A stretch of 58,084 nucleotides of DNA. Origin: a virus. Its lineage: Duplodnaviria > Caudoviricetes. Positions 28,148-37,963 of the stretch are shown piece by piece. The notes below the pieces were generated by a model. It saw only the letters and a list, made by a program, of their open reading frames with translations, made no database searches and was not told the origin of the DNA. The position numbers and the translations under genes were made by a program. Location: positions 1-58,084 of IMG/VR virus record IMGVR_UViG_3300020442_001798; one strand, 5' to 3'. Within the stretch, counting starts at the first letter, position 1, and every line of letters begins with the position of its first letter.

Positions 28148-29077
28148 GTGTCTGATTTTGATGTGTTGTTTTCGGATTTGTTTTTGTCTGAAGATGATGT
28201 GTATGGGTTGTCTGTTGTTGAGCGTGAGCGTCGTGTTGATGATTTGATTGTGCAGGCGTTTGATATTTATGATTATGCTGTTCGTGAGTATGTGACGGAT
28301 CGTAATCGTTCGCTGAAGTCTACTGCTGTGTTGTTTTCTGGTGGTAATGATTCGACGTTTTTGTTGCACTTGTTTAGGGACGCTGCTGATGTTGCTGTTC
28401 ATATTGATACAACTATTGGTATTAGGGAGACTCGCCAATTTGTGGATGAGACTTGTGCGTTGTTTGGTGTTCCTTTGATGGTTGAGTCTGCGCCTGTGCC
28501 TTATCGTGATTTGGTTGTTGAGTTGGGTTTTCCGGGGCCTTCGTTGCATTATATTATGTATCAGAGGTTGAAGGAGCGTGCTGTTGATGCTGTGCGTAGG
28601 AAGTTGTTGGAATTTCCTCGTCGTGAGTTGGTTGTGTTTTTGTCTGGTAGGCGTAGAACGGAGTCTCATCGTCGTGCGTCTGTTCCGTATTTGAGTCGTG
28701 ATGGTGCTCAGGTGTGGTGTTCGCCTGTTGCTAATTGGACTAAGCCTGATATTGCGACGTATAAAGCTAGGTTTGATGATTTTCCTGTGAATCCTGTTTC
28801 TGAGTTGATTCATATGAGTGGTGAGTGTTTGTGTGGGGCGTTTGCTTCGAAGGGTGAGTTTGAGCAGTTGAAATTTTTCTTCCCTGAGATGGCTGAATTG
28901 ATTCATCAGTTGGAGCATGAGGTCGCTAAGAATGATAAGATTCCTGATTATCAGAAGCAGTGGGGGTGGGGTAGTTATGCTCAGAATCATCATCGTGCCC
29001 GTGCTAAGAATAGTCAAGATGTAAAAGTTGGTCCGTTGTGTTCGGATTGTGAGTTTAGGTTGGGTGACCATGACTGA
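28148..29077 (+). CDS. PAPS-reductase-like PP-loop protein
   Basis: LFSGGNDS PP-loop, GRRRTESHRR, SPVANWT, C-terminal GECLCG and LCSDC. Confidence 0.85.
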   Translation: MSDFDVLFSDLFLSEDDVYGLSVVERERRVDDLIVQAFDIYDYAVREYVTDRNRSLKSTAVLFSGGNDSTFLLHLFRDAADVAVHIDTTIGIRETRQFVDETCALFGVPLMVESAPVPYRDLVVELGFPGPSLHYIMYQRLKERAVDAVRRKLLEFPRRELVVFLSGRRRTESHRRASVPYLSRDGAQVWCSPVANWTKPDIATYKARFDDFPVNPVSELIHMSGECLCGAFASKGEFEQLKFFFPEMAELIHQLEHEVAKNDKIPDYQKQWGWGSYAQNHHRARAKNSQDVKVGPLCSDCEFRLGDHD

Positions 29078-32000
29078 TTTTGTTCATTTGCATTGCCATA
29101 GCGAGTATTCGTTGTTGGATGGTATGTCTACTCCGCAGGATATTGCCAACATTGCTTCGTCTAATGGTCAGTTTGCGGCGGCTATTACGGATCATGGCAC
29201 TATGGGTGGTGTGTTGAAGTTTCAGGATGCGTGCGATAAAGCCAATGTGCGTCCTTTGTTTGGTATTGAGGCATATTTTGTGCCGTCTATTGAAACGGAT
29301 TCTGATTCGAAGCATGAGCGTTATCATCTTATTTTGTTAGCTAAGAATAATGCTGGTTTGCAGAAGTTGTTTGAGGCTAATCGTGTGGGATGGAAAGATA
29401 ATTTTTATTACAAGCCTCGTATGGATTTTGAGTTGTTGGAAGATCTTGTTGATGATGATGTGATTGCTTTGTCTGGCTGTATGGGTGGTGCAATTTCTAA
29501 GGCTATTGAGCGTGATGATCATGCTGAGGCTGAGCGTTTGTCTGAGCGGTTTATCAAGATTTTTGGTGACGATTTTTATTATGAGGTTCAGGCTTGGAAT
29601 CCTCAGTCGTTGAATGATAGTTTGATTGATTTAGCTTCGTCGTTTAATAAGAAGGTTGTTGCTACTGCTGATTGTCATTTTCCTTCGGCTCATGATGCTC
29701 ATGATGAAGAGGTTCTTCTTATGGTGTCGCAGTATCCGTCGTTGAATGCTGGTCAGGTTCGTCATGCTAAGGAGAATCTTGCTGGTGGGGGTAATGTTAC
29801 TGACAAGATGAATCGGATGTATCCTGATCGTTTTTTGCGGTTTGATGAGATTAATCCTTATGTTGCGCCTGCTGATGAGGTGTTGTCGTGGTTTGCTGAG
29901 AAGGGTTATGATGAGCCTTCGTATCTTGAGAATACGATTGAGGTTGCTGAGAAGTGTTCTGCTCGTATTGAGAAGCGTAAGAACTTGTTGCCTAAATATA
30001 TGAAGGCTTTGGATTCAGATGATTATTTGCGTGAGTTGTGTTTGACGGCGTTGTCGGATAAGTCGATTGATACTGATGAGTATCGCAGTCGTCTTGATGA
30101 CGAACTTGCTGTTATCTCTAAGCTTGGTTTTTCAGATTATTTTTTGATGACTTGGGATTTGGTTAAGTGGTGTGACCGCAATGATGTTGGTCGTGGGACT
30201 GGTCGTGGTTCTGTGGGTGGGTCGTTGATTGCGTATTTGCTTGATATTTCAAAGGTTGACCCTATTCAGTATGGGTTGCTGTTTGCTCGTTTCTTGAATC
30301 CTGATCGTAATGATTATCCTGATATTGATTTGGACTTTGAGGACAAGAAGCGTGAAGAAGTGAAGCAGTACCTTGCTGACCGTTGGGGTGCGGAGAATGT
30401 TGCTGCTATTGCTACTTATGGTGTGTTCAAGCCTAAGTCTGTAATTAAAGATGTTGCCCGTGTGTTTCAGGTTCCTTTTGATGAGACCAACAGTGTGACT
30501 CCGTTTTTTGAGACGTTAGACGAGTTGCAGTCTACAGATAAGGGTAAGACATTTATTAAGAAGTATCCTGATGTGTTGCCTATTGCTCAAAAGCTTGAGG
30601 GCAGGATTCGTAATACTGGTATCCATGCGGCTGGTATGGTTGTTTCTTCAGTCCCATTGACCGATATTTGCCCCGTAGAGACTCGTAAAGGCACTTCTGG
30701 CGATGGCAGGGCTGCTGTCACTTCTTTTGACATGGAGGACGCTGAGGCGGTTGGTTTGATCAAGGTTGATATTCTTGGTTTGAAAACTGTTTCGGTTATT
30801 AAGGATTGTATTGCTAAGGTTAAGGAGTTGCATGGCGTTGATGTGACGGAGCAGTCTTTGAGTTTGGATGATCCTGCTGTTTTCCAGAACTTTAATGATG
30901 GTAATACGGTCGGTGTGTTTCAGGCTGATGCGGCGGCTTATCGTAATTTGATTGATCGTATGGGTATTGATGATTTTAATGATCTTGTTGTGTCGAACGC
31001 TTTGGTTCGTCCGGGTGCGTTGTTGTCTCAGGGGCAGACCTATATTGATTGTAAGAAGGGTGAGGCTTCTGCTAAGTATCCTCATGAGATTGTTAAGCCT
31101 ATTTTGGAAGAGACATATGGTACTGTTATCTTTCAGGAGCAGTTGATGCAGATGGCTGTGTTGCTTGCTGGTTTCACTTGGTCTGAGGCTGACAAGCTTC
31201 GTAAGATTATTGGTAAGAAGCGTGATGCGGCTGGGTTTGATGAGTACAGGGAAAAGTTTTGTAGTAACGAGTATTTGACTCGTAAGCAGTCTGAAAAGAT
31301 TTGGGCTGACTTTGAACTTGCGGCTTTGTATATGTTTAACAAGTCGCACGCTGTTGCATATTCGATGTTGTCGTACCAGACTATGTGGTTAAAGATTAAT
31401 TACCCTAAAGAGTTTGTGTGGTCGATGCTGTACAATGAATCAGAGAAGGGTAAGATTACCGCTTATCTGATGGAGGCTACTCGTCTGGGTATTAAGATTC
31501 TTGCTCCTGATGTAAATACGTCAGATGAGTATTTTACTATTGACTCTGAGGGTATTCGTTTTGGTTTGAGGAATGTTGCTGGCTGTGGTAATAGTGCGAT
31601 TGATGAGATTACTAAGCATCGTCCTTACAATTCGTATGACGAGTTTATGAACAAGTGTTCTAAGCGCCATGTGAAGGCTCCGCTTAGGGAGAGTTTGGAG
31701 AAGGTTGGTGCATTCGTTTCTTTAGGTCACAATTCTGGGTATGATCATGAGCGTTACTACCTTCCGATTTTAGGTTTTGCGGCTGGTCTTGCTGATAGCG
31801 ATAACGAGATGGACGAGCTTGTGGAACCCATTGAGGGCTTCCATGAAATCTACTCAGAGTTGCGGATGATTAAGGGTGTGGTTCGCTCTACGAAGAAAAC
31901 ACCGAAGTATCTCCGTGTTGAAATTGAGGATCAAACGTCGTCTGTCAGCGTATTCTGTGATCGTAATGCTGAGATTGCTAATCGTGACTTTATGTACTTT

Positions 32001-32447
32001 TTGATTGGTGACCGAACATTGCACATGTTTTGTGATGCTTACGAGTACGCTGGCACTGATCTGTATGACTTAACTAATATTAGGAAGCAGGGGATGGGTC
32101 ACGAATATAATTGGTTGTATGAAACTGGTTTGGGTGATTCTTCTGATGAGCGTAGTTTACTTTATATTTTTAGTACGAGAACTTTTGTCACTGGCAAGGG
32201 TAAAGACATGTGTAATTTTTACGCTTGGGATGGTAAGAAGATTATCAAAGTTGTTGTGTTTCCATTTCTGTATGGCAAGATGCGACATTTGTTAGGCAAG
32301 TCTGGCTGGCACGCTGCTAAGCTTAAAGATGTTAAGGACTTAGAGGTTGCGGCTCGTCTTGACTCTTTTACTCTTGATAACGAAAACTCGTTGATAACAG
32401 TTGAAAATTATATTCAAAGAAAAAATTTAGTTAAGCAGGAGGGGTAA
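29070..32447 (+). CDS. dnaE: DNA polymerase III alpha subunit
   Basis: FVHLHCHSEYSLLDG (PHP), GRGSVGGSL, PDIDLDF, GIHAAG, FNKSHAVAY; likely start ATG 29070. Confidence 0.96.
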   Translation: MTDFVHLHCHSEYSLLDGMSTPQDIANIASSNGQFAAAITDHGTMGGVLKFQDACDKANVRPLFGIEAYFVPSIETDSDSKHERYHLILLAKNNAGLQKLFEANRVGWKDNFYYKPRMDFELLEDLVDDDVIALSGCMGGAISKAIERDDHAEAERLSERFIKIFGDDFYYEVQAWNPQSLNDSLIDLASSFNKKVVATADCHFPSAHDAHDEEVLLMVSQYPSLNAGQVRHAKENLAGGGNVTDKMNRMYPDRFLRFDEINPYVAPADEVLSWFAEKGYDEPSYLENTIEVAEKCSARIEKRKNLLPKYMKALDSDDYLRELCLTALSDKSIDTDEYRSRLDDELAVISKLGFSDYFLMTWDLVKWCDRNDVGRGTGRGSVGGSLIAYLLDISKVDPIQYGLLFARFLNPDRNDYPDIDLDFEDKKREEVKQYLADRWGAENVAAIATYGVFKPKSVIKDVARVFQVPFDETNSVTPFFETLDELQSTDKGKTFIKKYPDVLPIAQKLEGRIRNTGIHAAGMVVSSVPLTDICPVETRKGTSGDGRAAVTSFDMEDAEAVGLIKVDILGLKTVSVIKDCIAKVKELHGVDVTEQSLSLDDPAVFQNFNDGNTVGVFQADAAAYRNLIDRMGIDDFNDLVVSNALVRPGALLSQGQTYIDCKKGEASAKYPHEIVKPILEETYGTVIFQEQLMQMAVLLAGFTWSEADKLRKIIGKKRDAAGFDEYREKFCSNEYLTRKQSEKIWADFELAALYMFNKSHAVAYSMLSYQTMWLKINYPKEFVWSMLYNESEKGKITAYLMEATRLGIKILAPDVNTSDEYFTIDSEGIRFGLRNVAGCGNSAIDEITKHRPYNSYDEFMNKCSKRHVKAPLRESLEKVGAFVSLGHNSGYDHERYYLPILGFAAGLADSDNEMDELVEPIEGFHEIYSELRMIKGVVRSTKKTPKYLRVEIEDQTSSVSVFCDRNAEIANRDFMYFLIGDRTLHMFCDAYEYAGTDLYDLTNIRKQGMGHEYNWLYETGLGDSSDERSLLYIFSTRTFVTGKGKDMCNFYAWDGKKIIKVVVFPFLYGKMRHLLGKSGWHAAKLKDVKDLEVAARLDSFTLDNENSLITVENYIQRKNLVKQEG

Positions 32448-32451
32448 TGAT

Positions 32452-33153
32452 ATGTATTTTACTATCAAGAATGAATATGGGGTAATAAGTTACTTTAATA
32501 ATGATGAGGAGATGTTGAAACAACGTGATGAAAATTTGTTCTTTGAGCAACATTATGTTCTTTCTTATCTTAAAGAATACATTACGGAGTCAAAAATAAT
32601 TCTTGATATTGGTGCACATTGTGGATCTCACACTATTTTGTATAAGAGAATAAATCCTAAATCTCAGATTTATTCTTTTGAACCTCAAAGGCAAATCTAT
32701 AATCTTCTTGTAAAAAATATTCAAGATAATGCTCTAGATGAAGTTTATGTTTATAACAATGCTGTTGGAGATTATACCGGCAAGGTTGAGATGAACAACT
32801 ACTCAACAGATGGTGCGAACTCTATGAAGCAGCTTGCCTATGGTGGTGAGCAGTTATTTAATCTTGGTGGCGTGCAAATCGGTTCCGGTGGAGAAAGCGT
32901 TCAGATGGTAAAGATTGATGAGTTGAAAATGCCATGCTGTGATTTTATAAAAATTGATGTTGAAGGATACGAACCTCATGTTATTGAAGGTGCTAAACTT
33001 ACGATACAGAGATGTAGACCAGTGATTTCTTATGAGGTGAATCATAAAAATTCTGATCGTGCAACTCGCACAGCGACAGAGTTGCTGGAGTCATATAACT
33101 ATACATGCAGAAATGTGTGGTCAGAAAACTGGATTGCTACACCAAATTTTTAA
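32452..33153 (+). CDS. FkbM-family SAM-dependent methyltransferase
   Basis: ILDIGAHCG, SFEPQ, FIKIDVEGYEPHVIEGA, RPVI. Confidence 0.9.
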   Translation: MYFTIKNEYGVISYFNNDEEMLKQRDENLFFEQHYVLSYLKEYITESKIILDIGAHCGSHTILYKRINPKSQIYSFEPQRQIYNLLVKNIQDNALDEVYVYNNAVGDYTGKVEMNNYSTDGANSMKQLAYGGEQLFNLGGVQIGSGGESVQMVKIDELKMPCCDFIKIDVEGYEPHVIEGAKLTIQRCRPVISYEVNHKNSDRATRTATELLESYNYTCRNVWSENWIATPNF

Positions 33154-33162
33154 GGAGAATAC

Positions 33163-34080
33163 ATGTTATTTATTGATAAAAGAAAAGGGGATACCGTCCC
33201 CACTCACGATATTATTCCAACACCAAGTATCGGTCTGAATAGAGCACTTGGTGGTGGTTTGTACACTGGTGCTACCCACTTGTTCTGGGGTACTCCTTCG
33301 GTTGGTAAGACAACGATGTGTTTCCGTATTCTTGCTGAAGCGCAAAAGATGGGTTATAGGCCGATCATTGTTGACTCTGAGTATTCGTACTCAGAAGAGT
33401 ATGCGGCAAAGTGCGGCATTGATGTTGATGATGTTGTTCTTATCCAGTCTACTGTTGTTGAAGATATTCTTAGGCACCTGATTGGGTATCTGAATCACCC
33501 TGATGAGAAACACATCTTCTTGTTCGACAGTTTGTCTAACATCGTTAAGGAGGAGTTTTACGACAAGCCTGACGGTGGCAAGGCAATGGGTTTGCAGGCT
33601 CGTTCGCAAGGCTACTTCTTGCAGAAACTTGTTAACCATTTGCATAAGGAGCGCAACATCATGCTGTTTGTTGCACACCAGACAGTTGATCTTAGTGGGA
33701 TGTATGCTGTGATGAAGGCAAAGATGGGTAATACGGTGCATCACAACATGCACAATATTATTAAGCTGTTCTTGTCAATGTCCCAGAAAGAGATGGAGCG
33801 TGAAGATCGCACCAACAAGATTATGAGTCAGCGTGCAACATGGACTATTGAGAAGACGAAGCAGTTGCCTACGATTGGTACGCAGGGCTACTACTATGTT
33901 CTCCCTCAAGAAGGGCGTATTGATGTTGATCGTGAATTGATTGAGATGGCTGTTGAAAATGACATTATCCAGCGTCGTGGTGCTTGGTACTCATATGGTG
34001 AACAGAAGTGGAATGGCACAAGTAATATTGAGTTGACTAATGAGCAGGTTGAGGAAATTTACAAGGAGTTGGTTAGTTGA
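33163..34080 (+). CDS. recA: RecA/UvsX-like recombinase
   Basis: LNRALGGG, GTPSVGKTT, LFDS, MGLQAR, GAWYSY. Confidence 0.92.
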   Translation: MLFIDKRKGDTVPTHDIIPTPSIGLNRALGGGLYTGATHLFWGTPSVGKTTMCFRILAEAQKMGYRPIIVDSEYSYSEEYAAKCGIDVDDVVLIQSTVVEDILRHLIGYLNHPDEKHIFLFDSLSNIVKEEFYDKPDGGKAMGLQARSQGYFLQKLVNHLHKERNIMLFVAHQTVDLSGMYAVMKAKMGNTVHHNMHNIIKLFLSMSQKEMEREDRTNKIMSQRATWTIEKTKQLPTIGTQGYYYVLPQEGRIDVDRELIEMAVENDIIQRRGAWYSYGEQKWNGTSNIELTNEQVEEIYKELVS

Positions 34081-34376
34081 AAAGGGATGAGGGACAGGAG
34101 GCGAAGCGTGACAAAGCGAGGCCGGTTAAAAACTCTGGCAGAGGTTTTAGAAAGGGAGATGCTACTTTTCATCGTTTCCTTCTTGACTATAAGCACAATG
34201 GCAGTTCTTTCACTCTTAGTCGTTCTGCGTGGATAAAGCATCGCAAAGATGCTTGGAGAGAGCAATATAGATATCCTTGTATTTCTGTTGTATTGGGCGA
34301 AGATTCTGACACAAAAGTTGCTATAATTGACTGGGAAGTGTTTAAGGAGCTAATACGTGACTCAGATTACGAATGA
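34077..34376 (+). CDS. Small PD-(D/E)xK nuclease, Hjc-like resolvase candidate
   Basis: NSGRG..KGDA....LLDYK pattern. Confidence 0.55.
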   Translation: MKRDEGQEAKRDKARPVKNSGRGFRKGDATFHRFLLDYKHNGSSFTLSRSAWIKHRKDAWREQYRYPCISVVLGEDSDTKVAIIDWEVFKELIRDSDYE

Positions 34377-34530
34377 GGAATTATATTCAACTGCATTCCA
34401 TTATGTAGTCGGAGTTCTTAGCGGTATGGAATATTATGAAGATATTCCAGTAGAAGAGCTTATCTTTGGTTTCCTACAAAGGGCAGAAGATATCCTCACA
34501 GAGCATCGTAATGATTATGAGGAAGATTGA
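34357..34530 (+). CDS. 57-aa acidic hypothetical protein (absent from ORF track)
   Basis: AAGGAG SD then GTG; VTQITNEELYSTAF...DYEED*. Confidence 0.55.
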   Translation: MTQITNEELYSTAFHYVVGVLSGMEYYEDIPVEELIFGFLQRAEDILTEHRNDYEED

Positions 34531-34771
34531 GAAGCACGGGATATTAGGTTGGGTTATGACTGCTTTGGTGGTTGTCGCCTATGATTATTGGGCTTTATCA
34601 AGTAAACATCAAACAATGTCAAAGGCGTTTAAGAATGGCTTGTTCAGGAAAAGCACATCTTTGCCGACATTCTTTGGGTGGGCTGTGCTAACATGGCATT
34701 TATTCCATCCACCGTCGTTAAGGAAAACAGATTTGTTTTCCATAATCCTAGACAGGAAAGTAATTGAGTAA
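34517..34771 (+). CDS. Small membrane protein
   Basis: GWVMTALVVVAYD and FFGWAVLTWHLF hydrophobic segments. Confidence 0.6.
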   Translation: MRKIEKHGILGWVMTALVVVAYDYWALSSKHQTMSKAFKNGLFRKSTSLPTFFGWAVLTWHLFHPPSLRKTDLFSIILDRKVIE

Positions 34772-35084
34772 TTTTTATATCGATATAGACACCATCAAAG
34801 ATATGATGGGTGACCATGCTGACGAATTTATTGAGTGCATGAAAATTGTACAGGATATTATTCAGCGCCCTGACCATTATGTTGGTGGCCAAGCGATTAG
34901 ATATGCTAATCAACTCGCTAGTTACCGAACTATGATGATTGTAAAATCTCAGATGTTCAAACGCAAGTCGCAGTTGATGGACAATGAAGATAAGTTTGTT
35001 AATGATATATGGAAGACAATGTATGAGGCTCTTGGTGAAAACATCAATGTCCTTAAACTCTCAGCACGGAATGGATCACAATGA
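34764..35084 (+). CDS. Hypothetical protein
   Basis: 106 aa ORF coupled to neighbours. Confidence 0.6.
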   Translation: MSNFYIDIDTIKDMMGDHADEFIECMKIVQDIIQRPDHYVGGQAIRYANQLASYRTMMIVKSQMFKRKSQLMDNEDKFVNDIWKTMYEALGENINVLKLSARNGSQ

Positions 35085-35848
35085 AGTCATTAAAAGCCCT
35101 TAAGTCGGAGCCGCAAGAAAAGAAGGCGGTTGTTGAGAGTGAGCCGATGAGCGGTTCGCAGTTGGAAGGTATGCTGTGTGAAGCAGTAGACATACATATT
35201 GGTAAGCGGAATGAGCCTATTCACAAGAAGGTTGATTACTTTAGACCTAGTTCTACCAATCAGTGCGCTAGGTATTGGTATTATATGTTTGAAGGTGTTA
35301 CATATACACCCACTTTCTCGGCTCAGACTTATCGAATCTTTGATAATGGTCATGCTGTTCATGATCGTTTGTACTCTTACTTTAGAGAAATGGGGATTCT
35401 TGTTGAAGAAGAGTTGCCTGTCAGCAATGATGATCCACCAATTCAGGGGACTGCTGATGGTATAATTGATTTAGATGGGCATAAGCTTATTGAGTTAAAG
35501 TCAATCTCCACTGAAGGTTTCCAGTATAGGCAGCTTTCACACAAGCCTTCTGACGATCATGTCAGGCAGGCTAATCTATATATGCATTGTTTGGGTTTAG
35601 ATAGCGGTTTTGTTATTTATGAGAATAAAAATAATCAGCAAATTTTACCTATTTATATAGAGCGAGACGACGTTTTTCTTGATAAACTATTTAAGAAGTA
35701 TCGTAAGATATATAAGGCTGTTGAGGACAAGCAGAAACCTAAACGACCCTATAAAAGTACTTCAAAGCACTGTGCTAGATGTGACTTAGCACCAATGTGC
35801 TGGGCGGAGAATGATGTTGACGATGAACAGGAATACGAGCCATTTTGA
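35081..35848 (+). CDS. Cas4-like PD-(D/E)xK exonuclease with 4-Cys Fe-S staple
   Basis: PSSTNQCAR, GHAVH, GTADG...IELKS, QANLY, CARCDLAPMC. Confidence 0.88.
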   Translation: MKSLKALKSEPQEKKAVVESEPMSGSQLEGMLCEAVDIHIGKRNEPIHKKVDYFRPSSTNQCARYWYYMFEGVTYTPTFSAQTYRIFDNGHAVHDRLYSYFREMGILVEEELPVSNDDPPIQGTADGIIDLDGHKLIELKSISTEGFQYRQLSHKPSDDHVRQANLYMHCLGLDSGFVIYENKNNQQILPIYIERDDVFLDKLFKKYRKIYKAVEDKQKPKRPYKSTSKHCARCDLAPMCWAENDVDDEQEYEPF

Positions 35849-36146
35849 CCCTATTCCGTGCAAAAATAAAGCGTGTAAGAAAATCTTTGTACCGAAAACG
35901 TATAATGCGATCTTTTGTTCCGCAGATTGCCGACGAATTGTTACTAACAAAAAACTCCTTGATAATTACTACAAAAAGAAAGAAAAGAAAAACACAAAGC
36001 GTGTTTGCGAAACTAAAAAATGCACAACGGTTCTTTCTAGGTACAACAAAGAAGATATTTGTGAAAGATGTAAACGAGAAAGGTACATAAAAAGATTAGC
36101 CAGTTGGGGCTGGGACGAGGAAAAGTTAAGGGATGAATTTAGCTAA
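35811..36146 (+). CDS. Cys-rich basic hypothetical protein (Zn-binding)
   Basis: CKNKAC...FCSADC...CETKKC...CERC. Confidence 0.65.
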   Translation: MMLTMNRNTSHFDPIPCKNKACKKIFVPKTYNAIFCSADCRRIVTNKKLLDNYYKKKEKKNTKRVCETKKCTTVLSRYNKEDICERCKRERYIKRLASWGWDEEKLRDEFS

Positions 36147-36720
36147 CATCGTCAGTTCCATAAAGTCTACTAGATTACTAGCAATAGATCCTTCTTCACA
36201 CTCTCTGGCTTGGTGTGTTATTGACTTAGACACTAATTCTTTTCAGGTAGTTGCTACTGGCAAAATTGACTTTAAAGAAAGTAAAGAGATTTACAATAAG
36301 TTTCGTGTAATTAGAAAAGGGATTAAGGATATTTGGGAGAAGTACCAGTTCCAAGATGGCACAATTGAACAGTCTGTTTATATTCAGAACTTTCAGTCTA
36401 GTCGCATAATCTCTTATATTATTGGTTATTCTTGGGGTGTGTTGGATGAGTATTGTTATACTGTGTGTGATATCAATCCTCTTATCTGGAAGAATCGGAT
36501 TGGATACAAAAATGTATCGAAGGATGATAAGAAGGCTATTGAGGCTGAGTTCGGGTCGAAAGGTATTCAGAAGAGACTGACTCAGGAGCGCAAGGATCGT
36601 GTAAAGCGTATTGTTGAAAAACATATCGAGTTCAGCACCGAAGACGAGGATATAAACGACGCACTCGGTATTGCGTTATGGTATTATATTGAACATGGCT
36701 ATGGAACCTTACAAGGATAA
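36133..36720 (+). CDS. ruvC: RuvC-like Holliday junction resolvase
   Basis: LAIDPS, IEQ, WK, DINDALGIA. Confidence 0.8.
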   Translation: MNLANIVSSIKSTRLLAIDPSSHSLAWCVIDLDTNSFQVVATGKIDFKESKEIYNKFRVIRKGIKDIWEKYQFQDGTIEQSVYIQNFQSSRIISYIIGYSWGVLDEYCYTVCDINPLIWKNRIGYKNVSKDDKKAIEAEFGSKGIQKRLTQERKDRVKRIVEKHIEFSTEDEDINDALGIALWYYIEHGYGTLQG

Positions 36721-36991
36721 GCAGTGGTTGTACGACATGTATGTAAAGCGTCGTATGAATCTGACTGATATCTGCCAAAAATTGAAAGATTCGTATAATA
36801 TTGAGGTCACTCCTCAGGCTGTTTACAACTGGGTTTCTAAGTACGATCTTTTAAAGTATCGGGGCAAAGGTCGGTCGTTGGCTAATACAAGTATGCGTCG
36901 TCCTAAGTCTCCTATGCAGGAGCAGGTTGAGCGCAAGCGTCGTGAAATGAGAAAGATGAATCAGATGAAGAAGAAAGGTCGAGGTCGGTGA
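36701..36991 (+). CDS. HTH DNA-binding protein
   Basis: YKDKQWLYDMY...VTPQAVYNWVSKY; basic tail. Confidence 0.7.
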   Translation: MEPYKDKQWLYDMYVKRRMNLTDICQKLKDSYNIEVTPQAVYNWVSKYDLLKYRGKGRSLANTSMRRPKSPMQEQVERKRREMRKMNQMKKKGRGR

Positions 36992-37746
36992 GAAGATCTG
37001 TAACTGGTAAGGATATTACAACTTTTGCAAAGTTGGATATGATCTATAATCAGGTGCGTATGCTTGAGGCTCAGCAGAATGAGACGGAGTATAAGTGTCT
37101 TGGTTCAGGCAAGTGCTGTAGTATTGGGTTGACTATTCACATGGGTGAGTGTGCAAGTATTGCGTTTCATCTCCGCCAGCAATATTATCTTTACTTAGAA
37201 GATAAAGGTCGTGAGTTTGCTGATGAGTGGATGGATGATGTCGTTAAGTCTCTTAAGGAAGCAATGTTTGATGAGACTTGGCAGATTGGTGGTGAGACTG
37301 AAAAGAAGTGTGCTTTTTGGAAGGGCGGTTGTACCATCTATGGCTATAGACCGATGATTTGTCGAACATTTGGGACTATTACGACAGTCGATGATTATTG
37401 TCCTAGAATCAGGAATGCTAATGGTAGTATTGACTACTACACTGGTCCAGCTGTTAAGAAGATTGTTCAGTCTTTTCAGGATCTTCTGAAGGAATATGCA
37501 GTTGGTAAAGATGAGGGGTATGACATGGTTGTGTATATGCCTCTCGGTGTTCTTTCTTTTCTTTTGGCTGATGACGAATTGAAAGAACTGGAGCGGGTGA
37601 CGGATAAGAAGTTCTGGTCGGCTGTTGACGGCTGGGTGAACTACAGAGTTCAATATACGAGAGAGCATGGGTATGGTTACGACGAACTCAATACTCAGGC
37701 TGTTTCGATTGGTAAAAAGTTAGTATTTGACAGGGAAATAATTTAG
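36988..37746 (+). CDS. YkgJ/CxxCxxCC-family (FliB-like) Cys-cluster protein
   Basis: CLGSGKCC...CAFWKGGCTIYGYRPMICRTFG. Confidence 0.8.
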   Translation: MRRSVTGKDITTFAKLDMIYNQVRMLEAQQNETEYKCLGSGKCCSIGLTIHMGECASIAFHLRQQYYLYLEDKGREFADEWMDDVVKSLKEAMFDETWQIGGETEKKCAFWKGGCTIYGYRPMICRTFGTITTVDDYCPRIRNANGSIDYYTGPAVKKIVQSFQDLLKEYAVGKDEGYDMVVYMPLGVLSFLLADDELKELERVTDKKFWSAVDGWVNYRVQYTREHGYGYDELNTQAVSIGKKLVFDREII

Positions 37747-37837
37747 AGAAAAACAACCAAACTCCTGAAAACGCAGAAAATATCAAGTAATATATTTTTT
37801 GCTGAATATTACACCTTCAACCACGAAGGGAGGGGGG

Positions 37838-37963
37838 ATGGAAATAAAGCGCGTTGAGGAGTCTCTGGAAAAGATTTCTGAACTCGGTAAATACACTTTA
37901 TATAAAGTAAGTGATGATGATGAACCAACTGTTTTGGAGAGCACTGTCGAAGAGCAAGGCTGA
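37838..37963 (+). CDS. 41-aa hypothetical peptide (absent from ORF track)
   Basis: GGAGG SD; MEIKRVEESLEKISELGKYTLYKV...EEQG*. Confidence 0.45.
   Translation: MEIKRVEESLEKISELGKYTLYKVSDDDEPTVLESTVEEQG

Noticed and set aside
27791-29071. 426-aa ORF on the minus strand
   Set aside because: It lies antisense to well-supported genes. The + strand is A-poor, so minus-strand stops (TTA/CTA/TCA on +) are rare; the product has no motifs.
35081-35848. Cas4-like gene as sign of a CRISPR-Cas system
   Set aside because: No repeat-spacer array or other cas genes seen; solo Cas4-like nucleases are common phage recombination genes.
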